In this document: positions 47,601 through 55,710 of the stretch, in pieces | How positions within the stretch are numbered: position 1 is the first letter of the stretch | Layout of the letters: the number at the start of each line of letters is the position of its first letter | IMG/VR virus record: IMGVR_UViG_3300048838_000628 | Location: 1-64,000 of that record | Direction: 5' to 3' (one strand) | From: a virus | Length of the DNA: 64,000 nucleotides | Position numbers and translations under genes: made by a program | Notes under the pieces: generated by a model | What the model was told of the DNA's origin: nothing | The model's database searches: none | What the model saw: the letters and a program-made list of their open reading frames with translations, nothing else

Positions 47601-48788
47601 TATATTTAGCTTTTCAACACTTTCGATTACCTCAATAGTGTTTTTAAAGAACTTTAATACTACACCAAACTTATCAAGTACAAACTCAATTTGATTAACA
47701 TTTTGTATTTTAATATTTCCGATTTTAATAAACACAACTTCTATATCATCAAACACGGCAGCAAATGATTTGAATATAGCCTTATCACCACCAAAGTTAG
47801 TGTTTTCAAGAGCAGAAGTAATTTTATCAACGGTCTTAAATAAGCGAACTAAATAGTTAAGGTTTTTTGTTGTATTTTTATCAATAACGATTCTTGCAGC
47901 AGCCGCAGCAAAAAGAGTTGATTGTATAAGAACTTGTCTAAGGTCATAGATATATTTATCTGCAAGTAATTGCTTTATTTTAACTCCATAAAGCGCGTGT
48001 GAATCGGCGTATGCTTTAACAACCTTTAATGTTCTATCTATCATTTTTAGAATATTGTTTAACGGTTTTGTACCGTCATCTTTTGCAGCAGTTGTAACAT
48101 TGCCGATTATAAATTCAACTTTATTAGATATACTTATAATTACATCAGTAAACTTTTTTAACGAAATCTCAAAATCTTCTGATTTTCCAACTTCGTCTAT
48201 CTTCTTTTTCATTCTTTGAATTGCCGAAACCATTGTATAAATAGGCGTAAGAACTTCTTTATCAAAAGCAACAACTTTTGCAACCCTATCGGCTGTAGGA
48301 AAGTTAATTCTATTAAACGCTGTAACAAATTCTTTGAAAGTATTTACGGCACGTACGCCGCCCTCTATTGCGTTTTGAGCAGTTGTTAAACCGCTAAACT
48401 TTTCAATTAAATTTATAAACGCGTACATGCTGCCAGTTATACTGGTGAGCGCTTGAGAAGTTTTGTTGCTATCAGCACCAGCTGAAAGCATTTGCTTTAC
48501 AAATGTATTAACAGAGCCACCCATTATTTCAAACTTCTTGTTAACACCCGCCATGCTTGGCAAGTTCTTTATTGTTAACGAGAAGCTAAGTATTTCCATT
48601 CCAAAAGCTTTCATTGCCGCTATTTCAAGACTTTTATTATCAAAAACTTTTAATAGCGCTCTAATGCCATCAGCAGTATTGGTTAGTTTTGATTTTAAAT
48701 CACCCTGAAGTTGTGAGAATTCATAAAGTGCATCGTTTAACTTACCAAAAGCTTCAACATCAAATTCTAATCCAGCACCAGTGGCCAT
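41676..48788 (-). CDS. Tape measure protein (TP901-type core) with internal LysM domain
   Basis: 2370 aa, helical; LGNQFAATES...RIAG and EAAGTAFS core motifs; GDSLWGIAQRYGVSVDQLREWNGL. Confidence 0.92.
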   Translation of the reverse strand: MATGAGLEFDVEAFGKLNDALYEFSQLQGDLKSKLTNTADGIRALLKVFDNKSLEIAAMKAFGMEILSFSLTIKNLPSMAGVNKKFEIMGGSVNTFVKQMLSAGADSNKTSQALTSITGSMYAFINLIEKFSGLTTAQNAIEGGVRAVNTFKEFVTAFNRINFPTADRVAKVVAFDKEVLTPIYTMVSAIQRMKKKIDEVGKSEDFEISLKKFTDVIISISNKVEFIIGNVTTAAKDDGTKPLNNILKMIDRTLKVVKAYADSHALYGVKIKQLLADKYIYDLRQVLIQSTLFAAAAARIVIDKNTTKNLNYLVRLFKTVDKITSALENTNFGGDKAIFKSFAAVFDDIEVVFIKIGNIKIQNVNQIEFVLDKFGVVLKFFKNTIEVIESVEKLNIQNASKQLNSFLVESLYMLESMSKLFKKLDGFKSFSFNIFKKNEGGVSIQQVEKVRGFTEGMLGIIKAFRSLSVDSRDLSTENIVENLNKIRRMLSATGLFNIGGFKGIVKSISGFKSDDIKKFSSFAEAVVNIGKVFRVLARIDEGVSVETVIKSLGTIRRMLNGIPLLPFGGFKAIMKDIGSVNKNTVDKFRSFSESILAIAKTLEKLSGVNMKDINFKGFANSVKQLSKGMKAGGFDKRAGFNLGKDFGNEVNRGAKFSWGIRSPSAVFKRFGENIVEGLKSGFSKIKAVVEFLAKTVINAFKGVVNTTKSIFSNIANIITFPFRKAGDAIGGIFKQISNRLRFAINDLRMFVGGLGSVFAGTAIEFEKGLAQVFKTIEIPEETKKEVQATLTQQFRDMATGNDSVLSGLSDASKTILEIAEVAGTLGIPIELMEKFTQTVGAMTIATNLGGEEAATFLGQFSAITGSKDFDKVASTMVTLGNQFAATESGIAEMSNRIAGVGVSFGLSVPEILSFSAAMESVGLNPEAAGTAFSQFMQKSINALAKGGTELELFAKAAGMTGAELKELQKQKPAEFLLDMLEGFSKYPLEEQVVLFDQLGLDGIRVSDMLRRLGNANELVNKAVEVGNDGWRENNALMNEARIRNETTDASIQRLKNRMYDLKITIGNIFAPLVKFLADAIGNAIQRVNVFLSGFVESIRLIRTPIDELKALIDNTFGSGPTGGAAGESGPRKTNPELDRLKTLYDPALGMYQELVLAQGDSLWGIAQRYGVSVDQLREWNGLTKDSVYHYGDTIKIWSKYNSEGEDVSDMLQDQYEEMKRLEDQMTDSEKTTKRFAGAAKVFGKNLTVDQITDLRNDLRGLNKDFADSRKAIGLLFSGETKQGSDELAIAVGNLKENFKSVLTTLGIEITENPFTRRISELIDDIKNKDWKEAFRTALLVPVGALQTLLSSGLNQFGFGEREINLGTPEEEYAFAQSGGLTDNQFGMPTKTITRSLFGFNEELEKRIKEIGKPENMSESIDLAILNIRRVLTDIANGDYTEAKTFLETNVDNFVRSGITAGLALVFGFPFGAIAFVSNMLAMAIENDVFNLRTELEKTEIGNEIVKAVGYIGEQINLALAAVGEIMNPDKNAANGLKAGVGIMENDSIMPSSAKSGSNPFVSYFNALIEDVKDIIDEINRIDFTSITTFVSGILKFINDIVAGAALLVGSVALLELKTFILPLIENIGKTFNVLTEEFTSDDINSLLKIGAVFIAFMNRIKVASMVMTVARFAGLQLLIGGIAEALPSLLTATSGAFGVIEGLIEGDKDKVQANADKALEGIWDALQAFFGSIANSTFNVMEAIGLGPASVFRIQAENSLRGIIAIIDTIITRIKIAALDLQIFNELDPNKERPFQLERDKLIGGLAFGEQFKFSTLELDSTFGFTNSFGKLVATSFRDALSNPENYTLSAEAKERLRYAAINTLLTSGDADSANDAFNVFRMLGIDPETQFTTEQLANLPFLKNMPTNLKEALLRNVALGELGLDQENISGFLTIEGVTGLIDSFIKGAVAQDTGLSETTKADLQTRVVDDLATLNESDALVNQLMATEEFAGFNMLSILASGNLRPLEQSEINGVVAELQSSMGPIYDLLGPQAGADLYTSIINGLLHNQEDAISDEDAKSIARGFISSLYDPENQYTRALSNDYLNGILEGLELGLITSENTTRLQNVGKGIGQYLDEGTKNALGIKSPSTVYETVGENIIEGLQKGIDDNVSDLKKSVDKVVGELETISVMTAIMANKVTIALSQIILNLVVFSSTFTIATTILKLNLIVARSELDLFIDKIEDAILSLARMKVAFLNSNVGLGPGEGIQPTDGTSFYGGGVRAGGKYEVLENGLPFETYRTSKGKTYLISNENGQIYSPAGRTREINAAAGVGMSSMNINEGDTYITVNGAGSPEAVAEAVVKKMEKRKARETFRTLKLSGASGV

Positions 48789-49475
48789 TTATCCTCCAAG
48801 CATATCGTTAATAATAGCTGGCGTAAACTTAAGATCAGCGTCACCAAGCTTTTGTTTAATTTCGTTTCTAAATTTAGCATCTTTAAGCTCAGTGAAAATT
48901 GTGTCATAAAGCCCGCGTCCAAACCAGCCGCCCATTTTCTTGCCTTTTGGATAAATAAACCACTCACGTAATTTTGATTTGCGTTTGCCCCAAAGATGAA
49001 AACGCTTACCGCTAGTTCTTGCTGAACTTTCAGGCCAATCTTCGTTCTTTGGAAATGCAGCAGGCTTCTTGGAAATCGCTTCAGGATAACCTTGATTGTT
49101 TTGTGTAAAACTAGAAGCGACTTTATGACCATTTGGAAATGTCGTATAACCCAAGGTGACCCTACCTTTACGGCCAGCGCTTATATAATGAAAAATCTTA
49201 TGAGGCTGACCACTACTATTTACTGCACTAATTTGTACATTATAGATTGACTTGCCTTTTTTAAAGTCAAACGAAGATTTGACATAAACCTGAAAACGCA
49301 CGGCTTCATCACCAAAGCGACCATCTTCATTTAAATATCCAGCAAGCTCATTAAGTTTGTCTTTAAACACTTTTGCTATTTCGCCTTCTTTGCGCTTAGC
49401 AAGACCTTCGGCATATTTATCTGGTTTAAATCCTTTAACAAAATCTATAACGTCACCTAAATCTACTGTTGTCAT
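48789..49475 (-). CDS. Basic tail-completion/neck-like protein
   Basis: Position in the operon; highly basic. Confidence 0.5.
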   Translation of the reverse strand: MTTVDLGDVIDFVKGFKPDKYAEGLAKRKEGEIAKVFKDKLNELAGYLNEDGRFGDEAVRFQVYVKSSFDFKKGKSIYNVQISAVNSSGQPHKIFHYISAGRKGRVTLGYTTFPNGHKVASSFTQNNQGYPEAISKKPAAFPKNEDWPESSARTSGKRFHLWGKRKSKLREWFIYPKGKKMGGWFGRGLYDTIFTELKDAKFRNEIKQKLGDADLKFTPAIINDMLGG

Positions 49476-49870
49476 TTGTTTCCCTTCCTTGCACTTTCAA
49501 CCTCGCGGTAAAAATCTTCAATAGACTCAATTTGATTTTTTACTATCTCAACTGCCATTGTTTTACCACGAAGTTCGGGTTCGTAATCATTCCAAATATG
49601 GGGAGGGATATTTAGTTTCGATCTTATAAATTCTTCTTGTATTTCAAACGGTATTTGCTGGATGTTGATGCGACCATATAGCTTTTTCTTTAACTCTCTG
49701 ATCGCATCTTTACCAGCTTGGTCTAAATCTTCTTTTTCGCCGTCTAAACGTTTGTTTAACTTCTCATTTTCTTCGTATAATGTTTCTTCTGTCGAAAGGA
49801 GAGTGTTCTTGCTATAATAATTAAGATAGAAGTTCATCCAGTCGATCACGGAGAAAGGAGATGTCATCAA
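49472..49870 (-). CDS. Tail assembly chaperone, second (T-like) ORF
   Basis: Overlaps the 3' end of the upstream chaperone in the +1 frame; NIPPHIW..Y.P pattern. Confidence 0.6.
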   Translation of the reverse strand: MMTSPFSVIDWMNFYLNYYSKNTLLSTEETLYEENEKLNKRLDGEKEDLDQAGKDAIRELKKKLYGRINIQQIPFEIQEEFIRSKLNIPPHIWNDYEPELRGKTMAVEIVKNQIESIEDFYREVESARKGNK

Positions 49871-50600
49871 GACCCTCCTGCGAGTTCAAGATGCTAATGC
49901 CCGTGTACACGCGCTTAACCGCATCCTGAAACACATCGCTAATGGGCTTGTACTCATTAACGATCTGTGAGGCAACTGCAATCATTACCTCAAACGGGTT
50001 GTTCTTGTCAATCAGTGGGGCAGGGGGCATGTATTCGTCAAGTAGTTCGTCCAGAGGATCGCGCTCTACTTTTGCACCGTCCCAATAACTTTCAGGAATT
50101 ACCACATCAAACTTGCTCTCAATAGATTTGTTCTTATGGATTGTAAATACGCTCTTACGCATAATTGCCCATGAGATAACCTGAAATAGAGCCAGTGTAT
50201 AATGCGGTGTATGCTCTCGCTTAACTGATTGAATAAATGTAGAAATTTTGCTCTGTGGCACGTTACGGAAAGCACGACGATATTTCTTAACAAGATCGCG
50301 AACATCATTATCGTTTTCGTCAATTGCTTCCGGGTCTTTAATACCGCGAGTAATTAGAAGTGTACGAGTGCGCTTCATAATTTCTTCAGCAGTTTTGTCG
50401 TTAAAGCCCAGTGTTAGAACGCGCATAGGATCGACAACAACGTTTTCTTTGTCGTAATAAGCGCCATCTTTTTCAGTAAGGACTTCGCCAGTATCGACGT
50501 TAATATGCCAGTTAAAGTAAACCTCATATTCGTCAAATACTTCGTTAATTTCTTCTTCTGTAAGTTCCTTACGCTTGTCTTTCGTACTGATAATAGCCAT
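49821..50600 (-). CDS. Tail assembly chaperone (G-like)
   Basis: Directly follows the tail tube gene and its terminator; acidic. Confidence 0.6.
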   Translation of the reverse strand: MAIISTKDKRKELTEEEINEVFDEYEVYFNWHINVDTGEVLTEKDGAYYDKENVVVDPMRVLTLGFNDKTAEEIMKRTRTLLITRGIKDPEAIDENDNDVRDLVKKYRRAFRNVPQSKISTFIQSVKREHTPHYTLALFQVISWAIMRKSVFTIHKNKSIESKFDVVIPESYWDGAKVERDPLDELLDEYMPPAPLIDKNNPFEVMIAVASQIVNEYKPISDVFQDAVKRVYTGISILNSQEGLDDISFLRDRLDELLS

Positions 50601-50623
50601 TTTATTTCCCCTTATAGTTTTTT

Positions 50624-50653
50624 AAAAGAAAGGGGCGGTTTTTAGGCCGCCCC
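50624..50653 (-). terminator. Rho-independent terminator after the major tail gene
   Basis: GGGGCGG...CCGCCCC followed by TTTCTTTT. Confidence 0.85.
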
Positions 50654-50663
50654 AGTTGCATTA

Positions 50664-52172
50664 CTAGCAACCGCCACCAATGCAAAGATTGCAAGTAGCG
50701 ATCTGAACAAGATTGCCGTCAGCCGTGACAGCAAGGAAGTAGTTCACACCTTCGTCAAGCAAGGGCGAACCCGCAACGATCTGATTAATAACACCAGCGC
50801 CAGCAAACGGCGAAACTGTCTGCCAGTTCTGATTGGTCAGAGCTTCACGTTTGCGCAGAGCCGCACCAGCACCAGCCAGAACGCGATAACCGAATTCGTC
50901 ACCAGCCAGAGCGCCAATAACAACATTGCTGGCAGCAATAGCGATCTTAGTGTAGCTTGAAGCAAGATTGTCGGCAGTGTAGTTTTCGTAGATGTGACCA
51001 TCTGCGCCACCAAAAACAACGTGACCCGAACCAAGGATCGTGACCGAAGTCAAGTCCGTAGCAGCCGTGCCACCAACCTGTGTGCTAATGTCGGTAAACG
51101 TAACACCGTCATAAGCATAAGCAGTAGCGCTTGAAAGAGCAAGGTACATCAGACCAGTACGCGAGTCATAAGCTGCGTCCAGAATGTCTTCAGTGTCAAT
51201 ATCAGTCAAAGCCGTGAAGGTCACGCCGTTATCGCACGAATAGAAAACTTCACCAGCCGTACCGAGAGCGTAAACCTTGCTGAACGCTTCGATAACCTTG
51301 TTGACGCCGGTTGAAGCTGCACTCAAAGTTGAGAGAGCGAAAGCCGCACCACCAACCGAGTAAGCAACACCACCATCGGTACCCGTGCCGCCAACAACGT
51401 CAGTATAACCAACCACATAGTTACCGTTAACATAGGCAGCTGAAGAAATATCGGCAGCAACCAAATCGCCAGTAATCGCAGTTGTCGTAATAGCAGTAAA
51501 ACTAGCGCCACCATCAGTCGAAAGCAGAGCATCGGCGCCTTCGCCAGCAATAAAGATCGTCTGGTACGCGCAGTCCACGCTCTCGCAACGCTCGTTAACA
51601 AGCACAACCGTATTAAGACCAGCATCGTGGTCAAACATCAGCTTGTTCTCAAGGCCGTAATAGTGACGCAGGTTACCAACGATAGCCAGAGTACGCATTG
51701 ACGTAATCGGATTTTCGTTGTCGTCATAGCCAACAATCGCAGCGTTGTACTGACGCACTCCCATGTTGAAGTCTTCGCCTAGCCAGAAGTAGCTATCACA
51801 GCCATCATCGCAGCTTGACGGGACAAAAAGAATATCGTACCGTGCGCCAGCATACTGCGCCTGATAGATACGATCCGTAACCGAAATCATCTTATTCGGA
51901 AGCATCATGTTCACGGTCAAGCCCTTAACCTTGTCACCGGTCAGAGTACGCTCAACGAGAACATTACGACCATTCAGATGACGGTACTCAGGAAGAATCT
52001 TGCGTTCCGTGAGATTATAGCTGAAAGCTTCGTCCACACGATGACCGCCAAGATAAACCAAATCAACCGGATTATCTTTACGGGCCGCATACATCTTCAT
52101 CGTACCAGAGTCAAGCAACGCACCGGTTGCCTGCTCGTCCTGCTCGCCCCCGCTAAAATAAACAATAGGCAT
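50664..52172 (-). CDS. Major tail tube protein with C-terminal Asp-box/beta-propeller domain
   Basis: Position, GC-richer codon usage like the capsid gene, downstream terminator; LSTDGGASF and SCDNGVTF Asp-boxes. Confidence 0.65.
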   Translation of the reverse strand: MPIVYFSGGEQDEQATGALLDSGTMKMYAARKDNPVDLVYLGGHRVDEAFSYNLTERKILPEYRHLNGRNVLVERTLTGDKVKGLTVNMMLPNKMISVTDRIYQAQYAGARYDILFVPSSCDDGCDSYFWLGEDFNMGVRQYNAAIVGYDDNENPITSMRTLAIVGNLRHYYGLENKLMFDHDAGLNTVVLVNERCESVDCAYQTIFIAGEGADALLSTDGGASFTAITTTAITGDLVAADISSAAYVNGNYVVGYTDVVGGTGTDGGVAYSVGGAAFALSTLSAASTGVNKVIEAFSKVYALGTAGEVFYSCDNGVTFTALTDIDTEDILDAAYDSRTGLMYLALSSATAYAYDGVTFTDISTQVGGTAATDLTSVTILGSGHVVFGGADGHIYENYTADNLASSYTKIAIAASNVVIGALAGDEFGYRVLAGAGAALRKREALTNQNWQTVSPFAGAGVINQIVAGSPLLDEGVNYFLAVTADGNLVQIATCNLCIGGGC

Positions 52173-52177
52173 TTTTC

Positions 52178-52399
52178 TTACTCCTTAAGCAAACGTTTGG
52201 GTAACTCAAATTCTTTTGGAAAGTCGGGGAAGTTCTCTAGAATAAGGTTTGCGGGAATCCAAAACTTAGTCTTTCCATCCGTCACCCGTACTTGATTACC
52301 TCTAATTCCAGTCAAACGTGAAAGCTTTACTGTTTGAGGAACCGGAGGGGCTTTCTTTACTTCTACCATTACTTCTTCTTTTACTTCGATTTCGTCCAC
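52178..52399 (-). CDS. Hypothetical protein
   Basis: GTG start; fills the gap between genes. Confidence 0.55.
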   Translation of the reverse strand: MDEIEVKEEVMVEVKKAPPVPQTVKLSRLTGIRGNQVRVTDGKTKFWIPANLILENFPDFPKEFELPKRLLKE

Positions 52400-53671
52400 T
52401 TAGAGACTACTCCCTTCAACATTGTAGCACTTATACTGGGACATTTCGCGCAAAGCCATAGTTATACCCTGATAAGGAGGATAACCAGACAATAGTGCGA
52501 TTGTTTGAGGCGTTAACAATTCTTTATATTCACTACCATAACTCTTACCGCTACTGCTGGCCTCTAATACGGCAATACGTGGGACTTCACGATAGTATTT
52601 AATCTTTTGCTCTGCACATTGATCGCAGTCACACCATGCACGCACACAGTCAGCTAGTCCGATAGCAAGTTTAGATAAGATTTGTGAAACACCATACTGT
52701 ACGTCGCCGCTGTAAAGCGGTTTAATACCACTAAGATAATTCACCGCAACCTCTTTTGGAGTGCATTGCAAACAATATCTTTGCATTACTCCGTTGTCAT
52801 CACACATAGAGGTTTTTGGCACTAACCACGTTTCTTGACCAATTGTACGTCTTTGAAAACAAACAGGAACAGCTAATTCGTCACAATTGCCGCCATAACA
52901 ATCCGTACCATTACAAACAAAATAACCTTGTTCACATTCGTCAACATAAGTATAAAAAGCTAGAACTTCATCAACATATGTTTCTTCAGCATGTGGCAAA
53001 CAAGTCTCTTGTTCATCAAGAGAAGGCTTTTTAAGTAAATAGGCGGGAATAGTAACTGTGCAAGTATCGCCATTAATAACAATACCGCGCAAAGGACGAA
53101 TTTCGTATTCTCGATCTGCAAATGTAGGATCAACAATATAGTTTGCATCAGCAGATGTGAAATAAAGCTTAATGCGGCTCTTATCCATACCTACCGGTAC
53201 AGTGAACGTTACAGTGAAATTTTGCTGTAAAGCGCCACTGACAACAGGTTTAACTACTTCTGCTAAACCGAGATACATTAACCCGATTTTTCCTGTTTCT
53301 TGAAAACCACAAGAATTTTGCAATCTTACTGCAACATATTCTCCTGATTTTAGACGCATTCGATTCAAATTGTTCGTTAAACGATATTGAATTCTCTCGT
53401 TTTCCACTTGTTCTGTAGATGGGTGTAAATTTGTTTCCCAATAAAACACCTGCTCTGCGTAAGTTAACATTCCGATTAAATCATCACGCGACCAATGAGA
53501 TGCCTGAACCCAAGGTCGCTGTAACATACAAAAGCATTTTTCTGTTTTTTGGTTTGGATAGTTAAACACACTATCGCCAGAAAGATCAATTCCAGCAGCA
53601 TAGAAAGGCTCAATGCCAAAAAACTCTACAAATTGCAACAAAGGCATTAGAGTATTACTTCTCATCTGCAA
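52400..53671 (-). CDS. Cys-rich head-tail adaptor-like protein
   Basis: Position; L..AE...ET adaptor-like helix and VAVNYLSG; 18 Cys in 423 aa. Confidence 0.55.
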   Translation of the reverse strand: MQMRSNTLMPLLQFVEFFGIEPFYAAGIDLSGDSVFNYPNQKTEKCFCMLQRPWVQASHWSRDDLIGMLTYAEQVFYWETNLHPSTEQVENERIQYRLTNNLNRMRLKSGEYVAVRLQNSCGFQETGKIGLMYLGLAEVVKPVVSGALQQNFTVTFTVPVGMDKSRIKLYFTSADANYIVDPTFADREYEIRPLRGIVINGDTCTVTIPAYLLKKPSLDEQETCLPHAEETYVDEVLAFYTYVDECEQGYFVCNGTDCYGGNCDELAVPVCFQRRTIGQETWLVPKTSMCDDNGVMQRYCLQCTPKEVAVNYLSGIKPLYSGDVQYGVSQILSKLAIGLADCVRAWCDCDQCAEQKIKYYREVPRIAVLEASSSGKSYGSEYKELLTPQTIALLSGYPPYQGITMALREMSQYKCYNVEGSSL

Positions 53672-54074
53672 GCCTCCCTATAAAAATAGTTGCTGTACTA
53701 CACGCTAAAATAAGCATAGCAATAATGAAAACCGGATTTAACGCTACTAGAATGACATTCAGCGTGCCTACCCAAACAGACATACACCAGATACAAGAAA
53801 ATAATTCAGCAAAATGATTAGTATAAATCTTATCTAAACCTGTAGAGTCCATTCCTAGCTCAATGGCTTCTTTAAGCGTTAGGCGTTTTTCAATTATTTG
53901 TTCACCATCGTGTTTTTCATAATAAACATAACGAACGCCAAAGATATGACGAATAATCGTAAAAATATGCAAAAAGCCAATTTCGTCAATAAATAGACTG
54001 CTTAAGCGCCAAGTTGCTAGAAATAAAACTATAACAACAACTGGATTAAGCAACCACAATAAGGTCTCCGGCAT
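53655..54074 (-). CDS. DUF1360-like membrane protein with CxxC
   Basis: LATWRLSSLF..E.G...F..IR and ELFSCIWCMSVWVG; about 3 TM helices. Confidence 0.75.
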   Translation of the reverse strand: MPETLLWLLNPVVVIVLFLATWRLSSLFIDEIGFLHIFTIIRHIFGVRYVYYEKHDGEQIIEKRLTLKEAIELGMDSTGLDKIYTNHFAELFSCIWCMSVWVGTLNVILVALNPVFIIAMLILACSTATIFIGRLADEK

Positions 54075-54237
54075 TTGCGTCTTCCTTCATCACGTAGAAT
54101 TGCTGAAGCGGTTTTCTGTACCCATAAACCGTTTTGCTAGTCTGGCCTTGGTAATATCCCGCTTGATCGCCAACATACCGCACAAGGGTGTATTCATCCA
54201 TGATATTAACTTTTGGCTTCTCTTTACATTTACACAT
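54046..54237 (-). CDS. Small protein with N-terminal CxC
   Basis: MCKCKEKPK; RBS GAGGA. Confidence 0.7.
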   Translation of the reverse strand: MCKCKEKPKVNIMDEYTLVRYVGDQAGYYQGQTSKTVYGYRKPLQQFYVMKEDANAGDLIVVA

Positions 54238-54239
54238 GG

Positions 54240-54623
54240 CTATTCCTCTTTCTTCTTGCGCCGCGTTTTCTTAACTGGTTCTTCTGTTTCTTCTTCTTGT
54301 TCAACTACTTGTGCTTCAACTTCATAACTCATGTCTTCGTCTTGAGATACTTGTACAAGAACATCAAGAACGGCTTCCGGCTCTACAACCGGCTCTTGTA
54401 CCTGATAGATGCTGAAAAGAGAGAAGTTCTTAACTTTACGAGTTAAAAGAAAATCTACATCTTGCGGATGTACTTGCTGAATTTGCTTGTTCTTGTTATC
54501 AAAAACGTACATGTTCCGCATAGGAGACACAAACGTAACCTGTTTACTACCGTTATAGATTAACTGAATTCCATCTTCGTAAACCATTGTTGTATTAACC
54601 TTTTTAATTTTTCCGCAACACAT
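54240..54623 (-). CDS. Small protein with N-terminal CC, related to the adjacent CxC protein
   Basis: MCCGKIKK; L.Y.G...Y...V...DV versus L..Y.G...Y...V...DA; acidic then basic tail. Confidence 0.7.
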   Translation of the reverse strand: MCCGKIKKVNTTMVYEDGIQLIYNGSKQVTFVSPMRNMYVFDNKNKQIQQVHPQDVDFLLTRKVKNFSLFSIYQVQEPVVEPEAVLDVLVQVSQDEDMSYEVEAQVVEQEEETEEPVKKTRRKKKEE

Positions 54624-54624
54624 T

Positions 54625-55677
54625 TTACACCATACCTAGTAATAAATCACCATACACTCTGCCAATAGCTTGATGTGCGCGAGTGTTAAAATGTACCTGA
54701 TCTATCATGTACTCTGTAGCCCAATCAGGATTTGCTAAGAAAACGCCTCTAGCGTCTAGTAGAGCAACGCCCTCAACTACTGCAATATCCTCTATTTCAT
54801 CGCTGTAAGCCTCTACAGCGCTATTTGCTGGCTCATCGGTACGTGGGGGCACATTCATCAATATCGGCGTCACAGAGGCCGTTTCTAGGGCATTTATGAT
54901 ACTTATAACGTTAGCCCTAAAGGTCGGCATTGCAGTTCCACCAGCAGCGTCGTTTGTACCCGTTTCAATCATACAGAAAGTTGGCTTTGGTGAATGACCA
55001 GTAATGTTACCGACACGTGCAAGCACTTGACCTGCGTTATTTCCACCTTCGCCATCAATTACCGGAATAACATAATGACGCAAGTCTCCGTACACCTTTG
55101 CAATTGCTGTAGATGTAAACGAGAGACTGTTATCGTCAAGTTCTGCTGAAGATGTGCCTATCCAGATTAACTGGCTATCGCCTAAAGCGCCTATGGCGTA
55201 TTCCGCCGTTGCCAAAGAGTTAATCTTCTGGATTACCACATCTTTGAAAGTACGTACTTCTGTAGAATTATCTGCTATTCCTGTAACACGAAATTCAACA
55301 CGCCAGTTAGTATCTGTAGCGGTTTTGAAATTTAATTTGTAGTTTCTGTGTATTGCCGAAGTGTCATAAATCTCTGGCATGTAGCGGATTAAGCCACTAT
55401 CAGCCTCTTTAACACCAAACTGGCAAAAACGGTTTAAATCACCTTTGGCACGAAAACGTAATTGGTAATAAGTATTTTGCTCTAACGTAATGTCCTGATA
55501 CACTCTAGCGTAACCTGCGGCATCGCCGCCTGCTGCACGAGTTAGTGTAATTTTAGTACCATCGTCTTCTTCAAATGATCCAGAGATACCGCTAAGAGCA
55601 GATATTTCTGTTTCCCAAGTGCTTAATTCAATTGAGCTACCGAAGTAGCTCGGTAGGGTTAAAATTCCATTAGGAAT
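54625..55677 (-). CDS. CBM-like domain + SGNH/GDSL hydrolase (start unresolved)
   Basis: ALGDS, GGN, GTND, D.VHF; the frame is open upstream of the track start (55503) to 55689 with no ATG. Confidence 0.75.
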   Translation of the reverse strand: MPNGILTLPSYFGSSIELSTWETEISALSGISGSFEEDDGTKITLTRAAGGDAAGYARVYQDITLEQNTYYQLRFRAKGDLNRFCQFGVKEADSGLIRYMPEIYDTSAIHRNYKLNFKTATDTNWRVEFRVTGIADNSTEVRTFKDVVIQKINSLATAEYAIGALGDSQLIWIGTSSAELDDNSLSFTSTAIAKVYGDLRHYVIPVIDGEGGNNAGQVLARVGNITGHSPKPTFCMIETGTNDAAGGTAMPTFRANVISIINALETASVTPILMNVPPRTDEPANSAVEAYSDEIEDIAVVEGVALLDARGVFLANPDWATEYMIDQVHFNTRAHQAIGRVYGDLLLGMV

Positions 55678-55710
55678 AATTTCCTCCTTTTAGACCGGGG
55701 CTTCTTGATT

